Positions 1-10,374 of a DNA stretch of 64,000 bases are shown here, in pieces (positions within the stretch are counted from its first letter, which is position 1; every line of letters starts with the position of its first letter). Under the pieces are notes generated by a model. The model saw only the letters and a program-made list of their open reading frames with translations, had not been told where the DNA came from and did no database searches. The DNA is from Nitrosopumilus sp. Lineage in GTDB: Archaea > Thermoproteota > Nitrososphaeria > Nitrososphaerales > Nitrosopumilaceae. A program made the position numbers and the translations under genes. The stretch spans positions 1,920,001-1,984,000 of the forward strand of contig OZ243974.1 of assembly GCA_965214775.1 (NCBI GenBank), in the 5' to 3' direction.

Positions 1-861
1 CTTGATTGAAAAATAAAGCAGTTCTCCTTTGATGTCGCTGCCCCTCTCTACAAGTAGTATGGAGTCTTTTGCGTCAACCTGGCTTAATTCGTCAATTTTT
101 CCATATCCGCCAAAAACAATTTCTCCGGCAACCGGCCCGCCAGCTTCTGTTGAGCCTACCATTGGAATTACAGTGTACGGTTTTCCGTCAACTTCTAACG
201 TTGCAACAAGACTGGATGTCAGATTGTTATAGGTTGCCCCGACAGTTACAGAACCGTGGTTTCTGCCGGGGCTGCCAATGGTTCCAAATCCCGGACCGTC
301 GTTTCCTGCGGCAGTCACGACAAAAATTTCTTTTTCAAGCGCATAATTTACGGCTCTTTCAATCTTTGAATTTGTTTTGTTTACGCCCAGACTGATGTTG
401 ATGATGTCTGCGCCGTCTTTTATTGCCATCTCGATTGCCTCGACAATCAACTCTGATGACACCCCTTCCCCGTCTTCGGAAACCTTGTATGCGAGAATTT
501 TTGATTTCGGGGCAATTCCTGTTGCATGGCCGTCTGCTGCAATTATTCCTGCCACCTGAGTCCCGTGTCCGTTTTCATCCAAGGGCGGCTCTCCTCTCTG
601 AATAAAGTTGTACCCCCCTGCGACTTTTCCCTCTGGACCCCAACCAAACAGATCAGGATGGTTAAAGTCCACCCCGGTATCAATGACTGCAATTTTTATC
701 CCAGAACCATCTATTCCTTGAATCCTTGGAATCTCAGTTCCAACGTAGGGCGCACTTCTTTCAAGATACGCCTTGATTCCGTTTTCCGAATACGTGGATT
801 GTGACAGGATCAGTCCCGTCAAAATTACAACAATAAAAGAGAAAATTACAAAGAATTTCAC
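1..861 (-). CDS. Subtilisin-like S8 serine peptidase, N-terminal part (runs off window start)
   Basis: Manually translated open frame from GTG at 861: signal-like N-terminus, IAVIDTGVDFNHPDL (Asp), NGHGTQVAGIIA (His), VVTAAGNDGP (oxyanion Asn), followed by a PA-like region. Confidence 0.9.
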   Translation of the reverse strand, partial: MKFFVIFSFIVVILTGLILSQSTYSENGIKAYLERSAPYVGTEIPRIQGIDGSGIKIAVIDTGVDFNHPDLFGWGPEGKVAGGYNFIQRGEPPLDENGHGTQVAGIIAADGHATGIAPKSKILAYKVSEDGEGVSSELIVEAIEMAIKDGADIINISLGVNKTNSKIERAVNYALEKEIFVVTAAGNDGPGFGTIGSPGRNHGSVTVGATYNNLTSSLVATLEVDGKPYTVIPMVGSTEAGGPVAGEIVFGGYGKIDELSQVDAKDSILLVERGSDIKGELLYFSIK

Positions 862-937
862 AAGTCTTTTGTCATTTTTAGCAAGTAAAAACGATTACTT
901 GTAAACCAATAAATGGAATAAGCTATTAGATGCATGC

Positions 938-1558
938 ATGGGAAAATACACACTTCCTGAAATGCCATATGCTTATGATGCATTGGAGCCTCACATTGAC
1001 GCAAGAACTATGGAGATTCACCATACAAAGCATCATCAGACATACACTGACAAACTAAATGCAGCCCTTGAAGCATGTCCGGCTGAAATTCAAGACAGGG
1101 ATATATTGGATATCCTGTCTGACATCAGTTCGGTTCCAGAGGACAAGAGAGGTGCAATCAATTTCAACGGTGGCGGTTATGATAACCACAGGCTATTTTG
1201 GAATAACATGAAACCAAATGGAGGCGGAGAACCGGGAGGATCAATTGCTGATGCAATTAACGATTCTTTTGGAAGCTTTTCTGACTTCAAAGAGAAATTT
1301 TCATCCACTACGGCAGTGATTCAAGGCAGCGGTTGGGGATGGCTGGTATACAATCCTTCTTCTGGAAAGGTTGAGTACAAATCGATGCCAAACCAAACAA
1401 GTCCTAGAACCGAAGGATTAGTTCCGTTGTTGGGATGTGATGTTTGGGAGCATGCATACTATCTCAACTACCAAAACAAGAGACCTGCTTACATTGAGGC
1501 ATGGTGGAACGTAGTAAACTGGGATGAGGCAGAGAGCAGATTCTCCAAGGCAAAATAA
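938..1558 (+). CDS. sod: Fe/Mn superoxide dismutase
   Basis: HHTKHH, NHRLFW, DVWEHAYY motifs. Confidence 0.97.
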   Translation: MGKYTLPEMPYAYDALEPHIDARTMEIHHTKHHQTYTDKLNAALEACPAEIQDRDILDILSDISSVPEDKRGAINFNGGGYDNHRLFWNNMKPNGGGEPGGSIADAINDSFGSFSDFKEKFSSTTAVIQGSGWGWLVYNPSSGKVEYKSMPNQTSPRTEGLVPLLGCDVWEHAYYLNYQNKRPAYIEAWWNVVNWDEAESRFSKAK

Positions 1559-1663
1559 AACCCAAACTTTATTTCTTTTCTTTTCTTTTCTTTTCTAATT
1601 TTGATTCAGGTACGCGGTGGCTTGTGAATCCATTTATAACCTTCTGGGGAGGGTTTGTAGTAA

Positions 1664-2101
1664 ATGAGTGAAGAACAGGCACAACAGTTGATGCGACAGA
1701 TGCAAATGCTTGAAACGTACTTTGCCGATTTGTCTCAGCGAGAAGGCACATTTCTTGGTGTTCTAAAAGAGGCCACTGCAGCAATTGACGCGATCAAATC
1801 CCTTGGCCAAAAGCCCGAGTCTGAAACTTTGATTCCAATTGGCATGGGAGCTTACGTTCCGGCAAAAATCTCTTCAGACAAAAAAACTGTTTTGAACATA
1901 GGGGCAGGAGTTGCACTTGAAAAGGACTTTCCATCTGCAATAAATTATCTTGAATCTAGAATTAAGGAAATTGAGGTTGCCTTGCAAGACACTGCTGCAA
2001 AAAAGCAAGAAGCAGCTGCACGTTTAGAACAAGGCAGGGAACAAATGAACCAACTGATGCAGTCCGTACAGCCTCCAAATGCCGGAAAGCAAGATGTTTG
2101 A
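1664..2101 (+). CDS. pfdA: Prefoldin alpha subunit
   Basis: Coiled-coil, beta-hairpin (LIPIGMGAYV...NIGAGV), coiled-coil; lies upstream of ftsY as usual in archaea. Confidence 0.9.
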   Translation: MSEEQAQQLMRQMQMLETYFADLSQREGTFLGVLKEATAAIDAIKSLGQKPESETLIPIGMGAYVPAKISSDKKTVLNIGAGVALEKDFPSAINYLESRIKEIEVALQDTAAKKQEAAARLEQGREQMNQLMQSVQPPNAGKQDV

Positions 2102-3653
2102 TAAACTTCGAAGTGCATTCTCAAATGCGGCAAAAAGTTTGGGAGAAAAAGAACTCAACGAAAAAGACATCGAAGACGTTCTTTTTGAGCTGGAAATTTC
2201 TCTCCTAGAGTCCGATGTTGCTGCCGAAGTTATTGATTCTATCAAGGATGATCTTAAGGAAAAACTGATTGGATCTAAAGTTGGCAAAAATGAAATTGAA
2301 AAGTTTGTCAGAGACAGCCTGATTTCCGGCATATCTGCACATTTTGATGATGCAGGCCAGGTTGATCTTTTTGGAAAAATCAATGGAAAAAAGGAGCAGG
2401 GCCAGCCCTTTCTGATTTTATTCCTTGGAATTAACGGAACTGGCAAGACAACATCTCTGGCCAAAGTGGCACACATGCTGCAACAAAAAAAATATTCTGT
2501 TGTTGTCGCAGCCGCTGATACCTTTAGGGCTGGCGCGATTGAGCAATTAAGGGAGCATACTAATCGACTAAACCTGAAACTGGTTGCGCAAAATTATAAC
2601 TCTGATCCTGCAGCTGTTGCTCGTGACGCGGTGCTGTATGCAAAATCCCACAGAACTGACGTTGTTTTGATTGATACTGCCGGAAGGATGCAAACAAGTG
2701 AGAACTTGATGCAGCAGATTGAAAAAATTACCAAAGTTGTCAATCCTGATTTGAAAATTTTTGTTGGTGACTCTTTGGCAGGAAATGATACTGTTAATCA
2801 GGCCCGTGAGTTTCATGCACACACTAAATTTGACGGATCCATTTTGACTAAAAGCGATGCTGATGCAAGAGGAGGAGCCGCTCTTTCAATTGTCAAAGTC
2901 ACTGCGACACCAGTAATGTTTGTAGGCGTTGGGCAAGAGTATCCGGATCTCAGACCCTTTGACAAGAAAACTTTTCTTGAAACTGTATTTGGAACGCTTG
3001 ATGGAGTTGACATTACGAAACAGCCTGAACCAGAGCAACCAACACCAACACCGCAGCCTGAACCAGAGCAACCAACACCAACACCGCAGCCTGAACCAGA
3101 GCAACCAACACCAACACCGCAGCCTGAACCAGAGCAACCAACACCAACACCGCAGCCTGAACCAGAGCAACCAACACCAACACCGCAGCCTGAACCAGAG
3201 CAACCAACACCAACACCGCAGCCTGAACCAGAGCAACCAACACCAACACCGCAGCCTGAACCAGAGCAACCAACACCAACACCGCAGCCTGAACCAGAGC
3301 AACCAACACCAACACCGCAGCCTGAACCAGAGCAACCAACACCAATACCGCAGCCTGAACCAGAGCAACCAACACCAACACCGCAGCCTGAACCAAGTTC
3401 TGATGATCCGTTTGAAGGAATCACAGATGATGAGATTGCAACATATTCCGATTTGTTTGATGTACCCCCACCAGAAAACGATGATGAAGCCTTCAAACTA
3501 GGCAAAAAGATCCGTCAATGGATTAAAGATGGAAAACCAGAACCGGGAGCATCAGATGATCCAGGTGGCAAATACGGCAAAGAAGAGACTCACAAAAATG
3601 ATAAAGAAGAACCAAAAAAGAAAAAAGGCAGGTTCGGGTTCTTTATAAAATGA
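2094..3653 (+). CDS. ftsY: SRP receptor FtsY with Pro/Gln/Thr repeat C-terminal extension
   Basis: GINGTGKTT, DTFRAGAIEQL, DTAGR, TKSD, GVGQ motifs; start at MFDKL. Confidence 0.96.
   Translation: MFDKLRSAFSNAAKSLGEKELNEKDIEDVLFELEISLLESDVAAEVIDSIKDDLKEKLIGSKVGKNEIEKFVRDSLISGISAHFDDAGQVDLFGKINGKKEQGQPFLILFLGINGTGKTTSLAKVAHMLQQKKYSVVVAAADTFRAGAIEQLREHTNRLNLKLVAQNYNSDPAAVARDAVLYAKSHRTDVVLIDTAGRMQTSENLMQQIEKITKVVNPDLKIFVGDSLAGNDTVNQAREFHAHTKFDGSILTKSDADARGGAALSIVKVTATPVMFVGVGQEYPDLRPFDKKTFLETVFGTLDGVDITKQPEPEQPTPTPQPEPEQPTPTPQPEPEQPTPTPQPEPEQPTPTPQPEPEQPTPTPQPEPEQPTPTPQPEPEQPTPTPQPEPEQPTPTPQPEPEQPTPTPQPEPEQPTPIPQPEPEQPTPTPQPEPSSDDPFEGITDDEIATYSDLFDVPPPENDDEAFKLGKKIRQWIKDGKPEPGASDDPGGKYGKEETHKNDKEEPKKKKGRFGFFIK
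3021..3395 (+). repeat. 33-bp tandem repeat, 11 full copies plus 12 bp, encoding QPEPEQPTPTP
   Basis: cagcctgaaccagagcaaccaacaccaacaccg repeated; a single substitution in copy 10. Confidence 0.97.
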
Positions 3654-4564
3654 AACTTAAAACAAAAGATTTGCTCACCTTGGCAGAACTGACTCCAAAG
3701 GAATTTGCAGGCTTGATTGATGACTCAATCAAATTAAAAAGACAATCAAAAAAATCTGGAAATAAGCCTGTTCTAAAAAACAAAACACTTGCAATGATTT
3801 TCCAAAAACCCTCTACAAGAACCCGAGTCAGTTTTGAAACCGGAATGTACCAGTTAGGGGGTTATGCAATTAATCTTTCTTCAAACGATATGCAACTTTC
3901 ACGCGGTGAATCTGTTGAGGATACAGCCAGGACTCTTTCACGATATTCTGATTGTATAATGGCTAGGGTCTACGAACATGAACTGCTAGAAAAATTGGCC
4001 AAACATGCAACAATTCCTGTGATCAATGGACTGTCTGACGCTTTTCACCCGTGCCAAATCCTGGCTGATTTTATGACTATAAAAGAACATTTTGGAAAAA
4101 TCAAGGGATTGAAAATTGCATGGATTGGTGATGGAAACAACGTATGTAATTCAATGATGTATGGAGCTGCATTATCCGGCGTAACGATGTCTATTGCGAC
4201 GCCAAAGGAGTTTGAGCCAGACAAGAACGTAGTTGGCGAAGCTGAAAAATCCACGAAAATTGAATTGACTACTCATCCATTAACTGCAGTAAAAAACGCC
4301 GATGTTGTTGTTACTGACACTTATTCTTCAATACACAACAAGGATCCAAAGCGAATCAAGAAATTCCTGCCTAAATTCCAAGCCAATCCGAAATTAATGA
4401 AATCTGCAAAAAAGAATGCGATCTTTATGCATTGCCTTCCTGCTAAACGTGAACAGGAAGTAACATCATCTGTAATTGACGGTCCCCAATCTGTCGTATG
4501 GGACGAGACAGAAAATCGATTACACACTCAAAAGGCCTTGTTGACTGCAATCATCTGTAGCTAG
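3650..4564 (+). CDS. argF: Ornithine carbamoyltransferase
   Basis: STRTRVSFE, HPCQILAD, HCLP motifs. Confidence 0.96.
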   Translation: MKLKTKDLLTLAELTPKEFAGLIDDSIKLKRQSKKSGNKPVLKNKTLAMIFQKPSTRTRVSFETGMYQLGGYAINLSSNDMQLSRGESVEDTARTLSRYSDCIMARVYEHELLEKLAKHATIPVINGLSDAFHPCQILADFMTIKEHFGKIKGLKIAWIGDGNNVCNSMMYGAALSGVTMSIATPKEFEPDKNVVGEAEKSTKIELTTHPLTAVKNADVVVTDTYSSIHNKDPKRIKKFLPKFQANPKLMKSAKKNAIFMHCLPAKREQEVTSSVIDGPQSVVWDETENRLHTQKALLTAIICS

Positions 4565-4642
4565 GCAAAATCTGCTGAAAAATCCAGTAAAAACGGAAAT
4601 CAGGCATAGCAACGGGCAGAAGTCTTTGAGTCAAAGTAGGTC

Positions 4643-4764
4643 CAGTCTTCCCAGAAGTTCTCCACAAGACGGCTCCAAACTCGAAACAATTCAGGCTGGA
4701 CTGCCTGCAGGTCCGTACGTCACCGTCTGCACGGCCATTAGTCTGGTTACTTCTGGGAAGACTG
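4643..4764. mobile_element. MITE family A (about 121 bp, TIR CAGTCTTCCCAGAAGT)
   Basis: Perfect 16-bp terminal inverted repeats; homologous copies at 15167-15287, 16049-16169 and a degenerate one at about 15039-15160. Confidence 0.8.
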
Positions 4765-4779
4765 AGGTCATAACTACGA

Positions 4780-4905
4780 GGTTGTTTCCTAATTCCACCT
4801 GCCTGACTCAATCTGTATGTTTTTCTGAATTTTCGGTCCTTTGCACGCCTGATCCATGTAACGTCTTAACGGTTTTCAGAAATTCTGATGAATTAGGAAA
4901 CAACC
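4780..4905. mobile_element. MITE family B (about 126 bp, TIR GGTTGTYKCCTAATTC)
   Basis: Terminal inverted repeats; homologous copies at 8465-8590 (inverted) and 14428-14552. Confidence 0.8.
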
Positions 4906-5139
4906 CCCATAACTACACGTAAAAAACCTCAATTATTTCTGCTCGTTGCTATATGAGCACGGTCTCGGATTTTGCCATCTCTCCTGTTCGAGGATGGATC
5001 CCGGATCTAAATCAACCGACTGAAAATAGTTGCAGTTTTGATCAAATATTTTGGACAATGCGAGGTGCTACTGCCAGCCTGATGTATGATCAGCTTGCAA
5101 ACATGATATTTCGATCCGGGCGATTACGCATAAAGTCTA

Positions 5140-5410
5140 ATGTCAGCTTCAGAATCCAGATCAACGACAACCTCGACTTCTTTGACATTAGCATGATTGA
5201 TTGGAGCTCCACGTCCAACTCCTAAAATCGATTCTTGCAGAATTGATTCGGTATCCTTTTGATCATAATCTATCAATTTTGTTGCATCAGTGGAAGATTC
5301 ATCGGGGAGATACTCACTTGGAATGCAACAGTAGTAGTTAGTGTTTCCAGAAGATGCCATCATCTTGGAGTATATTTTTTTCATATCATCTTTAATCAAA
5401 CTTTTCATAC
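5140..5410 (-). pseudogene. Arsenite methyltransferase (ArsM-like) N-terminal remnant
   Basis: CC...YDQKDTESILQESILGVGRGAP...VVVDLDSEADI resembles the ArsM LGCGxP / VLDLGSG region but is degraded; cut at a solo IS end CGATTACGCATAAAGTCTA (5121-5139). Confidence 0.6.
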
Positions 5411-6450
5411 CTTGGTTTACTAGGCAAACTATTAAAGTTGTCAAGCACAGTGTCAAACGAAAATTCTTCAACACATATGGGTACAGACTGCTAGGAAAAC
5501 GCTTTGTTTTTGAAGAACTTTTAATCGCAACTATAAAAAATATTGTAGCAGGTGTAATTATGGAAACGTGGTTCGTCATGTCGTGGACGGTTCCTGTCCA
5601 GATGTCCACCTCTCAGGGCCAGTCAGAAATTCGAAGAGAGCCGAGCGCAAATAGTTTCACGATACCTTGTTGCAGATTTGAAGCTGGTATTCAGACAGCT
5701 CTGGCCGTATTGTTTTTGGATGGGAGTCTCCAAAGGTGTTCTGCCCATAAACGCAATTCCAGCTGAATATTAGACTTTATGCGTAATCGGCCCATCTGAT
5801 CTAAAAATACGACACAATAGATCATTATTTGCACACCAACAACCCTAAAGATCTGTATGATTCCCTAACTGTATGGGCTCAAATGACAAGACTCTCCAAG
5901 CATTTCAAGCGTTACAAGCGCAACACGAGATGCTAGTCGAGCAACACGAGATGCTAGTCGAGCAACACGAGCAGGTATCCAAGCAAAACAAACAGATGTC
6001 CAAGAAAAACGAGCGTATGAGGAAGCAGCTTGCGTTTGAGGACTCGTTGTGGCAGTCCGAAGAAAACAAGACAAAAAGAGTCGTGCGCGGCGGGACGCCT
6101 CTGCGGATGCACGCAATCGAGGTTGCAGACGGCATAATCGGCGATCCGGTGCGCCTTCGCAACGTCACGGGATGCACAAAGGAGTCATTTGAGATCATAC
6201 TGGAGCGCTTTACGGAAGAAGTCATGGACGACGAGGACAGACCCCTGTTCTGGGAGGACGACGTAAGAGGCGGCGATGCCGGAAACCGGTGCAAGCTGTA
6301 CATCAGGCACGCGCTGCTTGCAGTACTCATGAGCATAAGGACCAAGGCAACGCAGCATCATCTGGCCGCGACATTTGACGTCGACCAGTCCACAATGTCC
6401 AGGTACCTCCGGTACGGTGCCGTGTTACTGCGCCGGCTCCTGCCTGCCTC

Positions 6451-7515
6451 TCTATTGTACGAAAATTAGGTCGCACTAATTTGAGGAGGATTGCAGGGGA
6501 TTACTTTAGGCTTTACCGATCAAGAAAACCGATGGTTGTAAGGCTCGAGGCAAAGCAGATCAGATACGCAGTGACGCAATGTGCAGGGGGACGAAAGCCC
6601 TCGGAGGTGGCCCCGGAGATAGGCGTCACGACAAGGCACGTCCAGCGGATGTATGCCCGGTTCAGGAAGACAGGCGACACGCACCACGTGCCGCTCAAGC
6701 CGGGAAGGAAAAAGAGCGCCCCGGTTCCCGACGGGGACGTGCGCGCAGTTCTGGAGGAGTACAAACACAGTGCAGCAGGGGTGGTTCATACGGCCAAGAG
6801 GCTGCGAAGGCAACTCGATATAAGCTACTACGAGGTATACAGGATAATGAAAGAAAACGGGCTGGTGACGCCATCGGCTGCAAAATCAATGCCCAGAAAA
6901 TACGTCCGCTTTGAGCGCAAATACTCCAATGCCATGTGGCACGTGGACTGGCATACCATGAAGGATCCGCGCTTTGCAGGGCTCAATTTGGTCACGTTCC
7001 TAGACGACTCGTCCAGGTGCGTGACTGGTGCGGGCCTGTTCAGGGAGGCCACCTCGGAGAACGTCGTGGCGGTCCTGCGGCAGGCCGTGGCCCAGTTCGG
7101 CGCGCCTGCCACCATTTTATCAGACAACGGCAAGTGCTTTGTCGGGGCGCGCTCGGATCCGAAGAAGAAGAAGAGTCCGCCCAAGGGCGGATGGAGGCCC
7201 ACTGCCTTTGAGGAGGAGCTGCTCAACTGCGAAATCGGGCTGATAAACTCCAGGCCGTATCACCCGCAGACCAATGGCAAACTGGAGAGATTCCACAGGA
7301 GCATCGAGGAGGAGATATGGAACCACAAGAGTCTGTCTGCATACATCGACTACTATAACGAGGACAGGCTGCACTGGTCGCTTGACATCGACAACTACGA
7401 GACGCCGCTGCGGGCATTCTCCGACAGGGAGGCCACAGAAGCGATCAGGAAAAACAACCCAAGATGGATGGAGGAGGACATTGGTGATGGTGCGACATAA
7501 TTTTCATATAATACA
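6451..7515 (+). mobile_element. IS481-family element with 16-bp target duplication
   Basis: Imperfect 26-bp TIRs (TCTATTGTACGAAAATTAGGTCGCAC / GTGCGACATAATTTTCATATAATACA); GGCTCCTGCCTGCCTC at 6435-6450 and 7516-7531. Confidence 0.9.
6481..7500 (+). CDS. IS481-family transposase (HTH + rve integrase core)
   Basis: WHVD, LDDSSR, LSDNG, HPQTNGKLERFH motifs; real start may be Met at 6532. Confidence 0.92.
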   Translation: MRRIAGDYFRLYRSRKPMVVRLEAKQIRYAVTQCAGGRKPSEVAPEIGVTTRHVQRMYARFRKTGDTHHVPLKPGRKKSAPVPDGDVRAVLEEYKHSAAGVVHTAKRLRRQLDISYYEVYRIMKENGLVTPSAAKSMPRKYVRFERKYSNAMWHVDWHTMKDPRFAGLNLVTFLDDSSRCVTGAGLFREATSENVVAVLRQAVAQFGAPATILSDNGKCFVGARSDPKKKKSPPKGGWRPTAFEEELLNCEIGLINSRPYHPQTNGKLERFHRSIEEEIWNHKSLSAYIDYYNEDRLHWSLDIDNYETPLRAFSDREATEAIRKNNPRWMEEDIGDGAT

Positions 7516-8464
7516 GGCTCCTGCCTGCCTCCGAAAAGCTAACAAGCATCATCTGCAAGACCCCGGCAGGCAAGCTGGAGGAGGTGCTGATCCCAAAAAA
7601 GACGCTCCTGATTGACGGCACCCTGACTCCGGTAGACAGGCCCGGGGACAGGACCGCAAGAAAGACCAGATATTCGGGAAGAAAAAAGCGGCACATGTTC
7701 AACACGATAATTACCTCGAACCTGGACGGCCTCATACTGCACTGCGGCAAGACTGTGGACGGAAGCGTCAACGACAAGGGCGTGATGAACGCAGGGGGCG
7801 GCCCGGACTTTGGAAGGCACACCGGATCAATGAGGAATGCAAAAAACGCAGACGATCCGGAAGAGGCGTTTGTGATTTACAGCGACCTGGGATTTGAGGG
7901 CATTCAAAAGATGCTTCCGGGCGCCATACACAGGCAGCCCCCAAAGAAGCCCAGGGACGGGGATCTTACTGCAACGCAAAAGAGGCGCCGCAAGCAGATA
8001 AGCAGGGTCCGCGTCAGGGTGGAGCACCACATAGGACGGCTCAAAAGATATGGCATTCTTACCATGCCGTTTGGCGGAACTGCCAAGGATCTCAATTATT
8101 TCATGCAGATAATCACGGGTCTTGAGAACCTCAAGACTATGCTGAAAAGGAAAAAATACTATGGCCAGCTGCTGCAGCAGCTGCATCTGCTACCAGACAC
8201 ATGACATACGGCGGCACGGACCGCCATTCTTTCTGACTTGTCAACGGGGCACATTGCCGTGCTGCATGGTTGCGCACGTTCTTTTGGCGCAACTGACTTT
8301 TACGTGCGTCATGACACGAGATGCATGCGGTAATTTGATCCGATCAGCGCATTTGCGTTTGGAAAAGCCTACGGAATTTTTAATCACGGTCGATTACGCA
8401 TAAAGTCTATTATTCAAATTGTGGATTCCTGTTGGATTTTTGGAGGTTTTGAACATGTTACCGG

Positions 8465-8590
8465 GGTTGTTGCCTAATTCATCAGAATTTCTGAAAATCA
8501 TACGATGTTATCCGGACTAGGCGTGCAAAAATGGCGGATATTCAGAAAAATGTGCGGGTTGAGTCCGGCAGGTGGAATTAGGCGACAACC
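8465..8590. mobile_element. MITE family B copy
   Basis: GGTTGTTGCCTAATTC...GAATTAGGCGACAACC; internal homology to 4780-4905 in inverted orientation. Confidence 0.8.
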
Positions 8591-8816
8591 TCCATGTTAC
8601 CGTATAGTACGGTACCCTTATATCATATTTGATCATACATATGGCATGCAAGATACAGCATTCCTTCAGAGTAGCCTACACAAAATCCTCCGCACAGAAG
8701 GTCAGCTGCTATGTCTGTGGGAGTGATTGGTGGATGGATTTTCAATTACTGCCAAATCATTGCGAAATGACACTGCAATGCTTTGTCACATTCAATATGA
8801 GTGAGGGCAAGTCATC

Positions 8817-9203
8817 ATGAACCCGCAGGACGATTCAAAAAACTTGAGTGAGATTGTGATGGACAACTCCTTTCTGATTGCAATAGTCGCAGCAGGAGCA
8901 GTCATTCTGTCAGCTGGGTTGGATCCGTTTCACTCAGAGATGCTGCAGGCCCTGGGAGGTGCCTTTATTATCGCCGGTTCCGTAGGAATATACATGATGC
9001 TGGCAACACGCCGGGTAGTAAGGAGCCTTCACAAGCGGTTTGACGCATTAGATGACACCCTGAAAACCCATACCGAAATCCTCAAGGAGATGGCCTCATC
9101 TCAGAAGGAGATGACCTCATCTCAGAATCAAAATCATGGTGAGCTGATGGGTGTCATGACAAGGGTAATCTCTTCCTTGGAAAAAATAGAGAAAAAACTC
9201 TGA
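8817..9203 (+). CDS. Small 2-TM protein with C-terminal coiled coil
   Basis: Two hydrophobic helices followed by heptad repeats; same architecture as 28338-28604 and 30944-31237. Confidence 0.65.
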   Translation: MNPQDDSKNLSEIVMDNSFLIAIVAAGAVILSAGLDPFHSEMLQALGGAFIIAGSVGIYMMLATRRVVRSLHKRFDALDDTLKTHTEILKEMASSQKEMTSSQNQNHGELMGVMTRVISSLEKIEKKL

Positions 9204-9409
9204 TGTGTGTGGAAAACATCCTGACACTGCCAATACAGGAGGTTGAAAACCATGATACGTAGCAACGGGGGGTCACATCCCGTGCTGGCTAGGCATAGAA
9301 ATCATAATTACACATACCCAGTAGACGGAAATGTAACCCCACAAAGACCACCTCGACCCTACGGCGGCAGTGGTGGGCCGGCAAACCCGTATTCTGCAAG
9401 ATTCCTTCT

Positions 9410-9835
9410 AGCAGCCATGAGAAGCGCGCATGAAACTGGTAGTCGAGACACGCGCGCTGGCCGTAGCATTCAGGGAGGCAGGTTGCGCGAGATTTGCCAC
9501 AAAGCTTGAGAACGCCTCAGAATGCCTGTACACGTTCGTGCTGTATCCGGGCATGGAGCCCACCAACAACATGGCCGAGCGCATGCTGAGGCCGTCCGTA
9601 ATTGCGCGCAAGATATTCCAGGGACTCCGTACCATGGAGGGCATGGAGATGTTCACCGTGCTGATGACATGCACGATGAACTGGCGCGCCCAAGGGTTGC
9701 AACGTGAGTGAAATGGTCGCCAAGACCCTGTTGACGATTTCCCATTACATTATGGTGCCATACGTTGGTTGCAACGTGAGTGAAATGGTCGCCAAGACCC
9801 TGACTGGAAACGTCGCCTGAGGGGTAAACCCATAC
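9410..9835 (+). pseudogene. IS66 transposase C-terminal remnant with right end
   Basis: EPTNNMAERMLRPSVIARKI motif; end GGGGTAAACCCATAC resembles the IS66 TIR at 44282-44296. Confidence 0.8.
9695..9802. repeat. Perfect 36-bp direct repeat flanking a unique 36-bp insert
   Basis: GGTTGCAACGTGAGTGAAATGGTCGCCAAGACCCTG at 9695-9730 and 9767-9802; insert TTGACGATTTCCCATTACATTATGGTGCCATACGTT. Confidence 0.9.
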
Positions 9836-9890
9836 TGCGATGATCCGCGCTTAACGTATATAAGAGAAGGTTCAAACTCGGTTTCTGTAG

Positions 9891-10373
9891 ATGGCCTATT
9901 CGAAAATATTAAGAAGACTTCGAGAAGAAAAGACCAATTATAAAAAACGCGGCACCATGCTTATGGGCAAACGTGATTTCATTACGGTCACCATTTCAAA
10001 TGAAAATACCCAAGTCCAAATTCTAAAGCCTGAAATGACTGGCGACAAGGTCATTGCATCGGCCCATTCCAGATATCTGTTGGAAAAAGGATGGAAAGGC
10101 TCCAGAAAGAGTGTCCCGGCCGCATATCTGACAGGATACCTGGCTGGAAAGAAGGCGCTTGGCCAAGGAGCAAACAATGCAATCTTGTATGCAGGTACCA
10201 GAAAATACACTCAAAGAATGGCAGCTGCCCTAAAGGGAATAATTGATGCCGGCGTCCAAGTACCTGCCAATGAGGAAACCTTTCCTGCCGAAGAGAGAAT
10301 TAACGGTGAGCATCTTACAGTAAAAAACGATGTCCTAAAAATGAAATCGACAATTGATACTGAGGTCAAATGA
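9891..10373 (+). CDS. rpl18: 50S ribosomal protein L18 (uL18)
   Basis: RRLREEKTNYKKR, PAAYLTGYLAGK; operon context. Confidence 0.95.
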   Translation: MAYSKILRRLREEKTNYKKRGTMLMGKRDFITVTISNENTQVQILKPEMTGDKVIASAHSRYLLEKGWKGSRKSVPAAYLTGYLAGKKALGQGANNAILYAGTRKYTQRMAAALKGIIDAGVQVPANEETFPAEERINGEHLTVKNDVLKMKSTIDTEVK

Positions 10374-10374
10374 A

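Larger units (their letters stand above)
5873..8204 (+). pseudogene. Transposase (DDE_4 type) split by IS481 insertion
   Basis: N-part has HTH (LAATFDVDQSTMSRY); C-part has DDE motifs; frames reconstruct exactly. Confidence 0.85.
5771..8409 (+). mobile_element. IS5-like element (HTH + DDE_4 transposase) interrupted by IS481
   Basis: TIRs TAGACTTTATGCGTAATCG and CGATTACGCATAAAGTCTA; removing the IS481 and one TSD rejoins 5873-6450 with 7532-8204 in frame (RLLPAS-EKLTSIICK...LLIDGT...SDLGF...RVRVEHHIGRLK). Confidence 0.88.

Noticed and set aside
3021-3395. 33-bp repeat as a CRISPR array
   Set aside because: No spacers; it is an in-frame coding tandem repeat.
2813-3505. Repetitive ORFs in alternative frames (GCGVGV, WCWLLWFRLR, NQHQHRSL, VLVLVALVQAA)
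   Set aside because: Shadow frames of the 33-bp ftsY repeat.
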